64,000 nucleotides of DNA from Lophium mytilinum (Eukaryota): assembly GCA_010093605.1 (NCBI GenBank), contig MU004191.1, positions 728,816 to 792,815 on the forward strand, given 5' to 3'. Shown here piece by piece: positions 1-11,221 of this stretch. Position 1 is the first letter of the stretch. Each line of letters begins with the position of its first letter. The position numbers and the translations under genes are program-made. Below the pieces are notes generated by a model. It saw only the letters and a program-made list of their open reading frames with translations. It was not told the DNA's origin and made no database searches.

Positions 1-1667
1 GAGGCGCTCTCTAGCCTGTTACACCAGCCAACCATGGCTTCTTTCCAAAGCTCCTTTTGCACAATGCCTACAGCAACCGCAACCAATAATCGATGTTGCT
101 ATGTCGTTGCTCCCACAGCAACAACAACATAATTCCAGACCTTCGGGCGTGTTGCTGCAGACATTGTACTCGCTCCTACATGATTCCTAGGAGCAGGAAA
201 TGGGGTGGCTTTTATATGCGAATGGAGGAGAGAAATGTAAGAGGGCACGTGGGTAGCACGTGTTTATATAAGAAACACGTGCAGTGTAGGTATCCTCTGG
301 ATCGTGTTAGTTTGTGTAATCCAGTGAGTATTGGCTATGGGAATGAAAGTGCTGTTTCGACATCTTTGTTCTATCGCTCTGTTTATGCCCTTGAAATTGG
401 GTCGTTAAATTGCACCTCCTGCAGCACAAAGGTAGAAGCATGTATCTACTATACCTCGCGCGCCATCAATGTAGTCCGGCCAACCGAAACTTCGAACACT
501 TAGCACCCTTCGCGGAATCTCACCGACCGAAAATCTCTGCCTCGATCATCTCACATATCGCTGGTCCCGCCCCCTAGTGGAACCCACATAAGCGCAGTCA
601 TGCGAGAGAGCTCTTCTGCCTAAACGCGGAGTGAGAGGCGCTGTCCGCTGCACCCCGTTCAAAACCTACTGTAGAAATATACTAACCACATCCAAATGTT
701 CATGCTCGTTCAGTAACATCCACAAACCAGTGAATGCGATTGGTGCCTTTTTGGATTTGCTGAATGGTGGCAATAATGGGACTGCACTGGTCCAGCTTGC
801 GGATGTAGACGTAGACTGAAGAAGCGACGGCTACATCCTGTGGAATACTAAGATGCAAGGTTCCAAGGAAGGCGGTTCGGCATCCTCCTGATGCTCGCAA
901 TGAATCATGTCGCCGGTTTGAAAGTGCTCACTACGTCGAAGAAAGTCTATGAGATGTACAATTCTTGACAGCTTTAAATTAAAGAATTATTCTGACGCTT
1001 TCCTCCTCTGCATATGAGTACTCTGCACGGCTGGGAATTCGGATGCCAAGATCAGATCCTGGAAAGTTATCCGGTAACGCGTCAGGCCTCATGATCAGTG
1101 ACTTCCACGCCATACTGTCTATCGATGGCGATCTGACCTCTTCGCAGGTCCTCGCTAACCTCGGACATGTCTAAAGGATGCAGTGCTCGCGCGCGATGGT
1201 CTCCGCATGTCTCGTTGCCGTTGAAATTGAAAGGGACCTGAGATGTCTCGGATCGGCGAGGGCTGCTATTGTAGCTCGTTACGCTGCGCTTCATCGCGCT
1301 ATCTGTGTCGGATCTACTTCTTGATCGAAGAGCGTTCATGGACAGCTTGCTAAGGATACTGTTCAGCACGGAGTCCACCTCCATGCAACATAGGTAGACT
1401 CGGGCGGAGAAGCGATATATGCGAATGATGGGCGTTGTTATTCTCGAGTGCCGGGGTGCCAGTCCCGCATGACGGTGCTGTACGCATGAAATATAACGGA
1501 CCCCGACGTCGTTCTCGCGTTATAATCATTCAGGGCACGAGGTTTCGAAAGACGCGAAGTTGTTTGGCATTAGTGTCGATACCACGCGTTTGTGGTGTTG
1601 AGTTGAGATAGAACTGAGGAAGTGGTAAATAAGCTTAGGCTCCCTAGCTCCAAGTAGCCGGGCATTA

Positions 1668-1708
1668 GAAGGCGGCACGGGCTTGTGCACGGGACTAGCT
1701 CATGCACG
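1668..1708 (+). repeat. Left TIR of Fot1-like element
   Basis: GAAGGCGGCACGGGCTTGTGCACGGGACTAGCTCATGCACG, the reverse complement of 3755-3795 at 40/41 positions. Confidence 0.95.
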
Positions 1709-1790
1709 AGCTTAATACACAACCGAGCGCCACCACCACCAACTTTAAAAAATCACAACTCCATTAATTTTTATCCAATTCTACTAGAAA

Positions 1791-3650
1791 ATGGCTGGAA
1801 TTAAAGCGGCAATTAAGGAGGCTATTACTACTAAGGGAAAAGACCTCTAAGCTATTACTACTAGGAATAGAGTCTATTAATCTATACTCTTATAGCGGTA
1901 CCGCGGTATTACTAGATCTAAAGAGGAAGGCTATAATACTTAAAGTCTACTTAATAGTACTTAAGCTAGTACTCTTCTAGCCTATATTAGCTACCTTATA
2001 GCTAAAGAAATACCCTTTATACATTAAATCCTTTAAAGATTAGCCTCTAAAATAGATAGTATTTAGCCTAGAGAGAACTAGATATACTAGTTCTATCTTA
2101 AGTATAAAAAGCAGCTAAATATAGGCTATTTAAAGCTAATTAATTTAGTATAAAGAAAGACTAAGTTAAAGCACTACTATAGCTTATATTTTAGGCTTCT
2201 TAGTAATAAAATTAAGTAATATAGTATTAAAAAATATAATATCTATAATATAGATAAAAAGGGCTTTCTTATTAGCTGCCTTATATAGTAGTATAGAATC
2301 TTTACTAAGGATATACTAGAGCTAAAGAATATTATATAGAATAGAAATAGAGAGTAGATTATAGTACTAGTAGCTATCTACGCTAATAGAACTAAGCTTT
2401 TACCTACTCTTATCTATTAAGCTATTTCTAGTAATATTTAAAATATATAGCTATAGGATTTTAAACCTTAAGAATATAGCTATTTCTTTAAATCTTTACT
2501 AAATAGATAGACCTTATACGCCCTAGGCTACGCCTAGCTATATACTATATTCTAAAGAGAAATAAAAGCTAAAGCGCGCTAAGAAAAAGACTAGTAGCTA
2601 CTAATTCTTAATAGCTATAGCTTATATATTACTTTTTAATTTATTAACTTCTATATTAAGAACTGCATTCTTCTCTTTATATTTCTACCTTATTCTATGC
2701 ATAAATTATAACTATTAGATGTCTCTCTCTTTACTCCTCTTACTACGTAGTATAATAAGTATTTAGTTAATTTCTAGTATAAAAATAAAGGATATATAAG
2801 ATTTATAAAGAGAAACTTCTTTTAAGTATTTTAGCTAGTATAGAAGAGTGCTATAATACTAGAGAATATAGCCTTAGGCTTTAAAAATACTAGTATATAA
2901 CTATTTAAGCTAGATATTATTTTAAGGTAAATTAGAAATTAGTATAAGATAGATGCACTAGAAGAACTTTCTACTACTAATTTTAGTATAGAAATATTCT
3001 AGAAGGCTATAGTAAGGATTCTAAAGAAGGTACTAAGCTAAAATAACTGCTAATTTATATACTAGGTATATAAGATAGAGGTATAACTTAAAGTTATTAA
3101 AATATAGTGCAAGGCTATATATAGCGCTATTAAGAAGAAATAAAAGAAGAGATAGAGGTAAAAGCCTCTTTTTAAGAGTATTATATATAAAGAAGATAGA
3201 TTTACTATAATCTATAGTTCTAATAAGGTAAAATAGGTACATAAGCTTTAAAAGAAGAAAAAAGAAGAGAAGAAATAGGTTTTTAATACTAAAGAGAATG
3301 TAAAGCTTTAAAAGGCTATATATAAAAAGGAATAATAAAAGAAGGTATACTAATAGGCCTCTTAGTAGCGGTAATAGAAGGATTTCTATAAGAAGCTAGT
3401 ATATAATGCTAAGAGGGCTAAAGAGATATTAGATAAAGCGGCTAGAGCTACTAAACTAGCTAATTAGTAGCTACTTAGTAAAAGTAGAGCTTATAAGCTA
3501 TATATACTAAGAAATACAGCTTTAAAAATATAGCATATTATTATAATAGATAATAAGAAGGAAATTAATATACTAGAGGCCTTAGGCCGGCTATAGAGAA
3601 ATAGAAAGCCCCCTAAGCATCTAGAGGGTTACATAGTTATAATAGAGTAA
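1791..3650 (+). pseudogene. RIP-mutated Fot1/Pogo DDE transposase (3' end approximate)
   Basis: From ATG 1791, degenerate motifs: IYNIDKKGFLI at 2241 (=IYNMDEKGF), NRNRE*IIVLVAIYANRT (=DGNREWIT...ICADGT), LILNSYSLYI at 2601 (=LILDGHGSH), LPYSMHKL*LLDV (=LPPHSTHKLQPLDV). Many TAA/TAG stops. Confidence 0.9.
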
Positions 3651-3754
3651 AAGAGCGGGTTCTATTACCTTAACTCCGTGCTTATAGAGTTGTATAGAAA
3701 GTCTTATTATAGTAGAAAACCTCATTTTTCTATGGTGTGTGATTTTCGGTGATG

Positions 3755-3795
3755 CGTGCACGAGCTAGTCCCGTGCACAAGCCCGTGCCGCCTTC
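3755..3795 (-). repeat. Right TIR of Fot1-like element
   Basis: CGTGCACGAGCTAGTCCCGTGCACAAGCCCGTGCCGCCTTC followed by TA. Confidence 0.95.
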
Positions 3796-3946
3796 TAAAT
3801 ACTTTGACCAATATTCTCCCTGCCACACACCAAATTCCCGGCTCCAAGCATCGACTGCCCGCATCCCCAAGCATCCACTCTCCGTGCTTATTTACTCCAA
3901 CTTATCCCGTGGGTCAGGCACAAAGGCGCCGAAGGCCTTCCCGATC

Positions 3947-4630
3947 ATGGCCTCGTCTGTCGTTCCAGTACCAGGCCTGGTACCACCAACAAAACTAGAT
4001 GAATCGGACGCACCAACAGATGAGTGGGACACTACACTCTTCGCATTCCACGATCTAGACTACATCCCTTCTGGGTACGGGGGCATTCTAGCTCCGTACA
4101 TCGAAACTGGACCTGGGACTATGCGCGCTGCTGTCAAGCTTATGGGCCTCGATCTTGCGCCGAACACGAGCCCTCCATTCATACGACAAGTCATATGCGA
4201 CCTTGGCTCTGGAGACGGCGAGTTCCTCATCGGCCTACTTGGATATGTCAATGCTATTACCAATACAACAACTACTAGCTCGGTTCATGGCGTTGGCATT
4301 GACTACAATGCCGCGCTGATCGATACAGCCAACACGAACGCTATATCGGCCGGCGTGAACGCGAAATGGGTGGTGTATGACTTCAACGAGGATAAAAATG
4401 ATCTTGTTAGCCAGCTTTCTGCGGCAGGTGTCACCCATGTGTTCACCTACCTTGTCCCCAAGCAGCTTGCGCTGAAGACTGTACGAGCTATTCTCACACG
4501 ATTGTGCGAGAGTGGGGTGATGGTCTGCTGCCATAAGTTCCAGCCCAACTACCTGACAGCGACGAGACGAGACGCATTGATGGATCTGGTAGTATATGAG
4601 CACGCACCTGGTGCCGAGACAGATCGATGA
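3947..4630 (+). CDS. Class I SAM-dependent methyltransferase, 227 aa, intronless (FAM173/ATPSCKMT-like layout)
   Basis: APYIET upstream motif, motif I VICDLGSGDG, post-I GVGIDYN, then THVFTYLVP. ATG 3947 chosen because the longer ORF start lies inside the transposon end. Confidence 0.8.
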   Translation: MASSVVPVPGLVPPTKLDESDAPTDEWDTTLFAFHDLDYIPSGYGGILAPYIETGPGTMRAAVKLMGLDLAPNTSPPFIRQVICDLGSGDGEFLIGLLGYVNAITNTTTTSSVHGVGIDYNAALIDTANTNAISAGVNAKWVVYDFNEDKNDLVSQLSAAGVTHVFTYLVPKQLALKTVRAILTRLCESGVMVCCHKFQPNYLTATRRDALMDLVVYEHAPGAETDR

Positions 4631-4659
4631 TCAAAGCTACCGAATCAACTGCGTTCATC

Positions 4660-5162
4660 TTATATTGGTATTAACGCAATATTTGCGCCATGCTTGTTCT
4701 CGAAATTCGCCCTCATCTGCTCCGTCCATGGCTCCGCATCACGACTCTCTAAGCGCACAAACTCCCTCGCAATCGTCACCACCGTATATGCAACTTCTGT
4801 GAACACTAGTCGCATAACTGGGCATATATGAGGCACTCCCCCAAAAGGGGCGTACTCCCAGGTGGAGCATATCTTCTCCCAGCGTTCTGGTCGGAACTCC
4901 TCTGCATCTTCATCCCAGAAATCTTTGTCGCGAAGCATGTACCGGAAATTCCTCTCTACTATTTCTCCTTTCTGAACGTACAAAGGTGCAATGCCGCCCT
5001 TTCCCCCACCGCTAGGAAGGACGACCGACTCAGTACACTCTCGTGAGATCATGGTCGTTACGGGCGCGATTCAATGTGCTGGATTTTCGTGTCAGAACGG
5101 CTGCGGGCCTCAAGTCGAAGACGCATTGACTCACCTTCCCGATATGCATATCCGAGATACTG
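4660..5162 (-). pseudogene. Cytochrome P450 (CYP52-like) 3' remnant
   Basis: LPSGGG..PLYVQKG, FRPERW, and degenerate heme motif FGGVPHICPV. Intron 5079-5134 (GTGAGT..CTGAC..CAG). The Arg of ExxR is replaced by TGA at 5071-5073. The N-terminal two thirds are absent. Confidence 0.85.
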
Positions 5163-5362
5163 GTAACGTCGATACGAATATCTATACATTTACATGGGAC
5201 GACACCACCGCTGCGGACCTCCGGCCTAATCCGAAATCGAATCAGATGCGGAAATGCGCGAATTGGGAGGCAGTGGAGGAGTGGGTGACGGAAAGGCATG
5301 TGCCGCTGAATCCGATACTGATGAGGCTGAGTGGGGTGAGCGATAGGATTCATATGGTGTGA
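5162..5362 (+). pseudogene. DUF3328/UstYa-family oxidase 3' remnant
   Basis: NVDTNIYTFTW...RPNPKSNQMRKCANWEAVEEW matches the family C-terminus (C..DT...f.W...p......C.nwe.i.ew). The upstream HxxHC motifs and TM anchor are missing. Confidence 0.7.
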
Positions 5363-6952
5363 GGGGAGGTAGTCATTACGGTTTTGACCATTAAGAACGA
5401 CCTTAGCAGGTGCACGGCAATAGAATCACTACATGATCTCGACATGCGTTTGGGCACTCCTTAAATCTGCTTGGGGCATCCCGACAGGCTTTAGAGAATC
5501 AAGGTTTAGTGAAAAGCTCCACGTCGTGGAAATAGGGCTACAATTCAACTGACTGAGGATAAGCTAATCAGGGCACATCTTACAATGGTATTGAGGTAGC
5601 AAGGATGGAGCCTGAGCAGTAAGACTTCTGTGGAGTGTGGATCCTAAACACCATGATGCGGCGTTTGCAGATGTGTTCTAAGCTCCACGCCCTCTATACG
5701 TGCGTTCTCTGCCTACAAGTCTTTGCAACACCGCGAAGCTTCCGCCATCAGTGATGGGACCTTTGTAGTTTTGCGGTACATCGCACATTTCCACTTCGCG
5801 GTTCCCATTTTTGACTACCAACACCAAACCATCAACATCAAGGTATACATTCTCTGTGGGTTTGATGCCTCTAATTTCTACTTCTCTTTCTCGAACGGAG
5901 CCCACAAGATATTAATGTTCTAATGCCCAAGGCTGCAGGGGTATTGAGCTGATTGACGTAGGAGGGCACGTGAGACCATGAGAAAAGGTCGGGTGCTCCC
6001 CGTGTCCAAACAGGGGATGTACGGGTTGAGGAGGTAACGGAAGGGGCGTGACGAGCACATGAAGCTTACTCAGCTTTAGATTCTAATCTTCTGGGGGTAT
6101 AAAAGCTCACTGAGACATGGAAGGAGGACTTCTTCTGCATGGTGGAGAGGGAGGAGGGATGGATTAACTCACAACTCTCGATAAACTCAATGGCAAGTTG
6201 GGCGGGATGGTGAAAACAGGGCAGGAAGAAGGACGTCCATGGAAGCTGGCGGCGGTCGTGGGAGAACGTACCCACCCCACTCAACATGATGGTTTGCGGT
6301 TTCGGACCGGAAGGGCCTTATTCGCAGGCACTGATCAGCAGCGTTTCCTGAGATTGATACCTGACACTATCGTTGCTTCGTGGGCTTCAGTGTTCGGGAA
6401 TGGTGGCAAAGATTTGCGAAAGGGGGAAGTAATGCCCACCATCGCGCCACCTTGAAGGCCCCCCGACGCCAACAGAGCTCCATTGTATTCTCCGTTCTCT
6501 TCTTTCAACACACCACACCACGCATGAGAAGCTTTAAAGTCATAGCTGCTCCCACAAGACCCCCAACCAAACCACCATCACAGGCGATTAGCGACAGTCT
6601 GATACCTGGCGGTCTTCCAACTTCCCCGTGGCCAAACAAACCCTCCCAACCTTATCTACTCTTTTATACCCACCCTGTGGAGAAAGAAAAGAGATGAGTC
6701 AGCGATCCAGTCACCTGCTCTGCACGCGCCTGACCACCTACAACAGTTACGCTACCTCACCCTTCAATTCCATTCCAGGACTTTCCCATCTGGGAGTTTG
6801 TATCACGTGCCATCCACGTGCACCTTATGTAATCACCCCCTTCTCTTGCCCATAAGAACATCGCCCTCCCCCGTTCTCTTCAAAATTTCCAGGATCAAGG
6901 AAAGCAACGAAGAGGAGAGGAAAGGAGGAGATCAAAAACAGATCACCCAGAC

Positions 6953-7045
6953 CTGACACCGCTGCTGAGTGGCTGCCTTTTCTGGAGGATCAAATGGGAC
7001 TGACACCGCTGTGTAAAGTGGCTGCCGTTTCTGGAGGATCAAATG
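6953..7045. repeat. Imperfect tandem duplication, two ~45-bp copies
   Basis: CTGACACCGCTG..AGTGGCTGCC.TTTCTGGAGGATCAAATG at 6953-6996 and 7000-7045. Confidence 0.85.
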
Positions 7046-7965
7046 CAACTTCAAAAGAGTTCCCATGTCGTGGTTGGGGGTGGCGGGCTTTGCAACAAGC
7101 TAGGGAAAGAGGTGATAGAGTAAAAGTCGGCAAAAAGGTGCGCCATGGAGCATCAACTCTGGAGCAAGAAGATCCATATGTTGCTCTTGAAAACGGAACC
7201 AATTGCTGCACGATGGTGGGAGGAGGGGTCAAACCGTTCGCAGAAATGGCGAATGGTGGAAGTGGTGTGGAGTGGGGATTTGTGGAAAGTGATGATGATG
7301 TTCAACGTTTAGTGGAGGTGATGATAGGAGCATCAGGGGATGAAAGAGGTGGGGGACTGATCAGATCTGGTGGTAGGGATGAAGCGAGGTATGTGATTGT
7401 AGTGAGCAGCACTGATAAGAGAATAGTGGTTGGCTGGCCCTTTCCACTCCTCTTCCCCGACTTGATCTGGAGACCAGAGAACATGCGGCGTCGACCACGG
7501 TGAGTTTGAAAGCATCATGAACATCCTTGATGGCCAATTTGACCCAGTCGTAACAAGATTCTGTTTGAAGAAAGAAAAGGAATCTGGACGGCTTTTATAT
7601 CACTTACGAGCGTGGATGTGGTTGGGCGTCACGGGAGAGGATCGTGACCACATTTGAAGGGTCTCTTTATAATGTTTGTATCTTGACGTAATTCCTCTTC
7701 TCTACGCACATAAGGCCGTGATTGAACGCTGCTCTAGAATCTTTCTAGTAAGCGCCATATTGACAAAGGAAATCCATTCGCCTGATGTCCAAGCCTCTTG
7801 CTCCTTTGAAGCACAAACGATCCCATGACCCGAGTAACAATCACAATCAAGGAAGCTCCATGCTCTCCACCACGTCCCCTATTTCCTTGTCATCTCTCGA
7901 ACTCTTCTCATTCCCATCCTCATCTCTCAAGATCCCCTCCCCCATCTCCAAATAACCCTCCACGC

Positions 7966-9062
7966 TCACGCTGTTGCACTCTCCTCCCCATCACTTCCCG
8001 CCCCCCTATACCCCCCCTTATACTGCCCCTCCCTAAACTCACTCAACGGCACCGCCGCCTCCTCATCCTTCTCCCCCCTCTTCGTCTTAAACGTCCAATT
8101 CCCATCCGCCCAATGCCCATCAAAGCACACCCCAGGATGCCCCAGCGTCAGCGCCGAGCACGCCATCACCAGCATCGCGCCCTCAAACACCATAAACAAC
8201 GCCTCATTATTGGCCAAGCTCCCATTAAACCCGCCCCACAGCTCCGCCACTCTGAAAATCGACCGTACGATGATGAAAATGGTCGCAGCTGCAAGCGCCC
8301 ACATCATCACGCGCCACATCAGCGTCCGCCGCAGCGCGGATAGCTTCGCGCTGTCTTCGGAGACGAGGTCTGGGTGCCGCCGGATGCGGTTCCAGATGTT
8401 GGCGCACAGTGCCATGAAGACGACGAGCGAGGCGACTTGGAAGATTAGCCCCGCGATCATGATGTTGATGCCCATGTCGTGGGCGCTTTTGTCGCCGTCG
8501 TCGGCCATCGCGGTGATGGCGCCGCCGGCAGATTGGAGCACGAGCGAGAGGAAGTCGCAGCTGACGAAGAGGATGCTGTAGGTGCGGGGCTTGAGGGGGG
8601 AGACGGGGGCGCCGTAGATCACGATGACGCGGCCGAGGGTCAGGTAGATGGCGGCGGAGAGGAAGGCGGGGGCGATGGTTAGGCAGATGAGGTTTCTGGA
8701 GGGGTGTTAGTATGGGGGATTGGGAAGAGGGGGTGGGGAACGGGGCAAGGGGAGGGGACGTACTCAAGGAATGGATCGAAAGGGAACGGGTTGAAGTGTA
8801 GCTGTATCCGTCCGGCGTAGCCTATGATCTCTAGGATGAGTCCTCCAAACATGCCGGCTAGGTATCCCCATGTTCGCTTCCGGATACCAAGATATATCTG
8901 GGCGACGAGGATAATGCCGAAGATGGCGGCGTAGAGGACGTTGCCGGCGAGGTTGGGGACGTAGGTGAAGTTTGCCAGGTACATGGGACATGTGTCCAAT
9001 GTACAGAGATCGGTGTCATTGGCGAGGGTTTGGTTGGTGAAGGTGAGATTTTTGGGATACAT
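7966..9062 (-). CDS. RTA1/Rsb1-family multi-TM lipid-translocating exporter, ~342 aa, 2 exons (9062-8764, 8695-7966)
   Basis: Motifs [64 protein letters not shown]. Intron 8696-8763 (GTACGT..CTAAC..CAG) keeps the frame. Confidence 0.93.
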
Positions 9063-9471
9063 TGTTGCGGCTTTTGAGATTGTTGATATAGGGAAAAGGT
9101 AGATAGGGTGAGTGGTGCAGATGAGTGGTGATTGGTTGTTGGCCTCGAAGGATGAGTGTATAGATCTGGATCGCGAAGGGGTATATGGGTATAAGAAAAG
9201 GACTCGTAGAGATCTAGATATCTCAAGAAACTGTGGAGAGATGTAAACACCGAGAGCACTGACGAAGAACTGATGAATGATGAAGCTGTCTGAATACCCT
9301 CTGTCCTCCGCTCCACCCTTTCCATTATATACAGCTACTCGCCATTACTGCCCTGACTACTCCGACTTTAGCAGCGCACCGCACAGCCTCCTAATACCCG
9401 ACCCCCTGCAATTGCGAGCTCCGCGCTTCGCTCGCCGCGTGGTGTAGCAGGGTGTAGGCCAACTTGGCGGG

Positions 9472-9526
9472 TCGGTAGATCTTGCTCAGCCCTAGTCGGC
9501 TATGTCGGTAGAAGCTCCTCTACCGA
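9472..9526. promoter_or_regulatory. Candidate Zn2Cys6 binding sites upstream of the RTA1 gene
   Basis: TCGGTAGA at 9472 and 9505, and its reverse complement TCTACCGA at 9519. Confidence 0.35.
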
Positions 9527-10414
9527 TGATCTACAATGATTCGCCCTCAAAAGGTAACATGCGGCGACTGTCTAGCAGTTCCATGGAACACACCGACTAT
9601 TTTCGTACAGCCTCCTACGGAATAAATGTTTGAAAGATGCTGAGATGATATCCAAAGATCACGTGTACGGGTTTTGGGTACTAACCCTACGGACGGAGTA
9701 GTGCTTAGTCCGACCGCTCCTCCATCACTCAACACCAAGAACCACCACGATCCTAGTCCACTGCGGCTATTTCCAAGAAATTGGTCGTATCAAGGCTCAA
9801 GCACTGGTAATGAGACTCAGTGATTAGCTCGATCATGCTTCCTGATCCGTAGGGCCTTTGGCGTGCGTTGTGCATGCATAGAACTAGAGGACCCAGCCAC
9901 GCTGGGCTGCGAACTGCGAGTCTCGCAGCGAGTTCGCGCTGCTTGTATCGCACGTAGTTTGGAGCATAGCACCGATCTGCGCGCCATGATAACGGCTTCA
10001 AGGAGCTTAATAGTATGCGGACCAATAACGTTACAAGGTTGATAGGTAAATGTAGAATTAGATGTGTACCGTGCGTCGGTGCTTGTTGTCAGCTTGGTAG
10101 CCTGTAGGAATGGCTCCGTTTCAGGGACACGGAGTAGGCATTTACTCCTCGCAAGGCTGAGGGACTTGCCTATGGGGTAGGTCAACAAATTGTTTGAGAG
10201 GCAGTGCTGTGGAAAGGATGCTTGAGATGAAGAGTAGAACATATATTCTGAGGTCGTATACTGCCAACATGTCTCCTTCGTTCCAGGTTTATCCATCTCT
10301 TTCTCGGTGTATATTCGACCATAGTCTTGGGCCTTCTTGTGATACCAACGCAGAGGCCGATCTCCCAAAAATCCGGGGTCTCCAAATACCGACATCGAGG
10401 TCAGCAGCGCCACA

Positions 10415-11140
10415 ATGGCGACTCAAGTGCTGCAGCGACTTTCGCTGTTCAACATCTGGACCGTCATGCTTTATACTCTCCTAGTGTTGTCATCTTCTGC
10501 ATTCTCCACTCCATCTACCACGAACACAATGCCGCCAATCATTGTCCTCCGAACATCCACAACGGGCACGGTCCCTCTTAACAAAGCGCTCACCCTCCTG
10601 GGTTACGAACAACTCGCCATCTCAACATTTACCGAAAAGTCAACGCGGCAGCAATCCTACGATACTAAGGGCGAGAAATTATTCGCAGAGCTCGACTGGG
10701 CCATTGACGACGACTTTGAAACCTTGGCCTCATCCTGTCCCTCCACGAAGTTTATCCTCCCAGTTCCGGAACATCCCTCACAGTCAAGCCGAGCGAAGAA
10801 GTGGGCTCGTCAAGCGACAAGAGCCAACGTGTTGAATCTGGTGGAGGAACTGGAGAAATACCAATACGCCGTTTCGGTGCGCAATTATTTCCACGATCGG
10901 GGCGAGGAAGGGCGGTTACTCGAAGTGGTAAATGGGTGGCATGGAGATCGCAGCGGAGATTCTTGGGTGCGGTTATGCGCATTCTTAGAGATGGGATACA
11001 GCGTCGTAGAGCGCAAGAAGCTGCGGAAGTTCCCTGATGCTGCGGGTGGAGCTGCTGGCGGGTCGGATTGGAAGGTTGTCTTCCAGGGGCTGCACCGGAG
11101 CGGATGGGACTTGGCGAGTCGTAAGAGGCGGAGTCGGTGA
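10415..11140 (+). CDS. Sulfotransferase_4-like (P-loop fold) protein with N-terminal hydrophobic segment, 241 aa
   Basis: IIVLRTSTTGT..LNKAL..LGY, PSTKFIL, VRNYF...RLLEV, GDSWVRLCAFL, KFP follow the family pattern G..RTGT.SL..AL..LGY / YP.AK.IL / RLL...GWE.LC.FL..FP. Confidence 0.65.
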   Translation: MATQVLQRLSLFNIWTVMLYTLLVLSSSAFSTPSTTNTMPPIIVLRTSTTGTVPLNKALTLLGYEQLAISTFTEKSTRQQSYDTKGEKLFAELDWAIDDDFETLASSCPSTKFILPVPEHPSQSSRAKKWARQATRANVLNLVEELEKYQYAVSVRNYFHDRGEEGRLLEVVNGWHGDRSGDSWVRLCAFLEMGYSVVERKKLRKFPDAAGGAAGGSDWKVVFQGLHRSGWDLASRKRRSR

Positions 11141-11221
11141 TCGAAGCCCGAATGTACAGTACGTGTCTCTGTGTCCATACCCTCTTTTCTTTTTCATCGT
11201 GTGCCTATCAGGAAAGGCATT

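Larger units (their letters stand above)
1668..3795 (+). mobile_element. Tc1/mariner-superfamily (Fot1/Pogo-like) DNA transposon, RIP-inactivated
   Basis: 41-bp terminal inverted repeats (1668-1708 and 3755-3795, one mismatch) flanked by TA (1666-1667, 3796-3797). Interior is AT-rich, depleted of CpA/TpG, and carries DDE_1 transposase motifs. Confidence 0.95.

Noticed and set aside
1082..1384. 100-aa minus-strand ORF resembling a disordered C-terminal tail
   Set aside because: No domain, and no convincing upstream exon could be built
3033..3242. 69-aa hydrophobic ORF
   Set aside because: Antisense artefact of the RIP-mutated AT-rich transposase
3749..3946. 66-aa N-terminal extension of the methyltransferase ORF
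   Set aside because: Begins inside the transposon end/TIR; fortuitous open frame
3947..7900. RiPP precursor peptide (signal peptide + KR-delimited repeats) near the DUF3328 relic
   Set aside because: Searched by eye and none found, so an intact RiPP cluster is not claimed
7825..8767. Long overlapping Pro/Arg-rich ORFs (similar ones overlap the aldolase and ZZ genes)
   Set aside because: Shadow frames of GC-rich real genes
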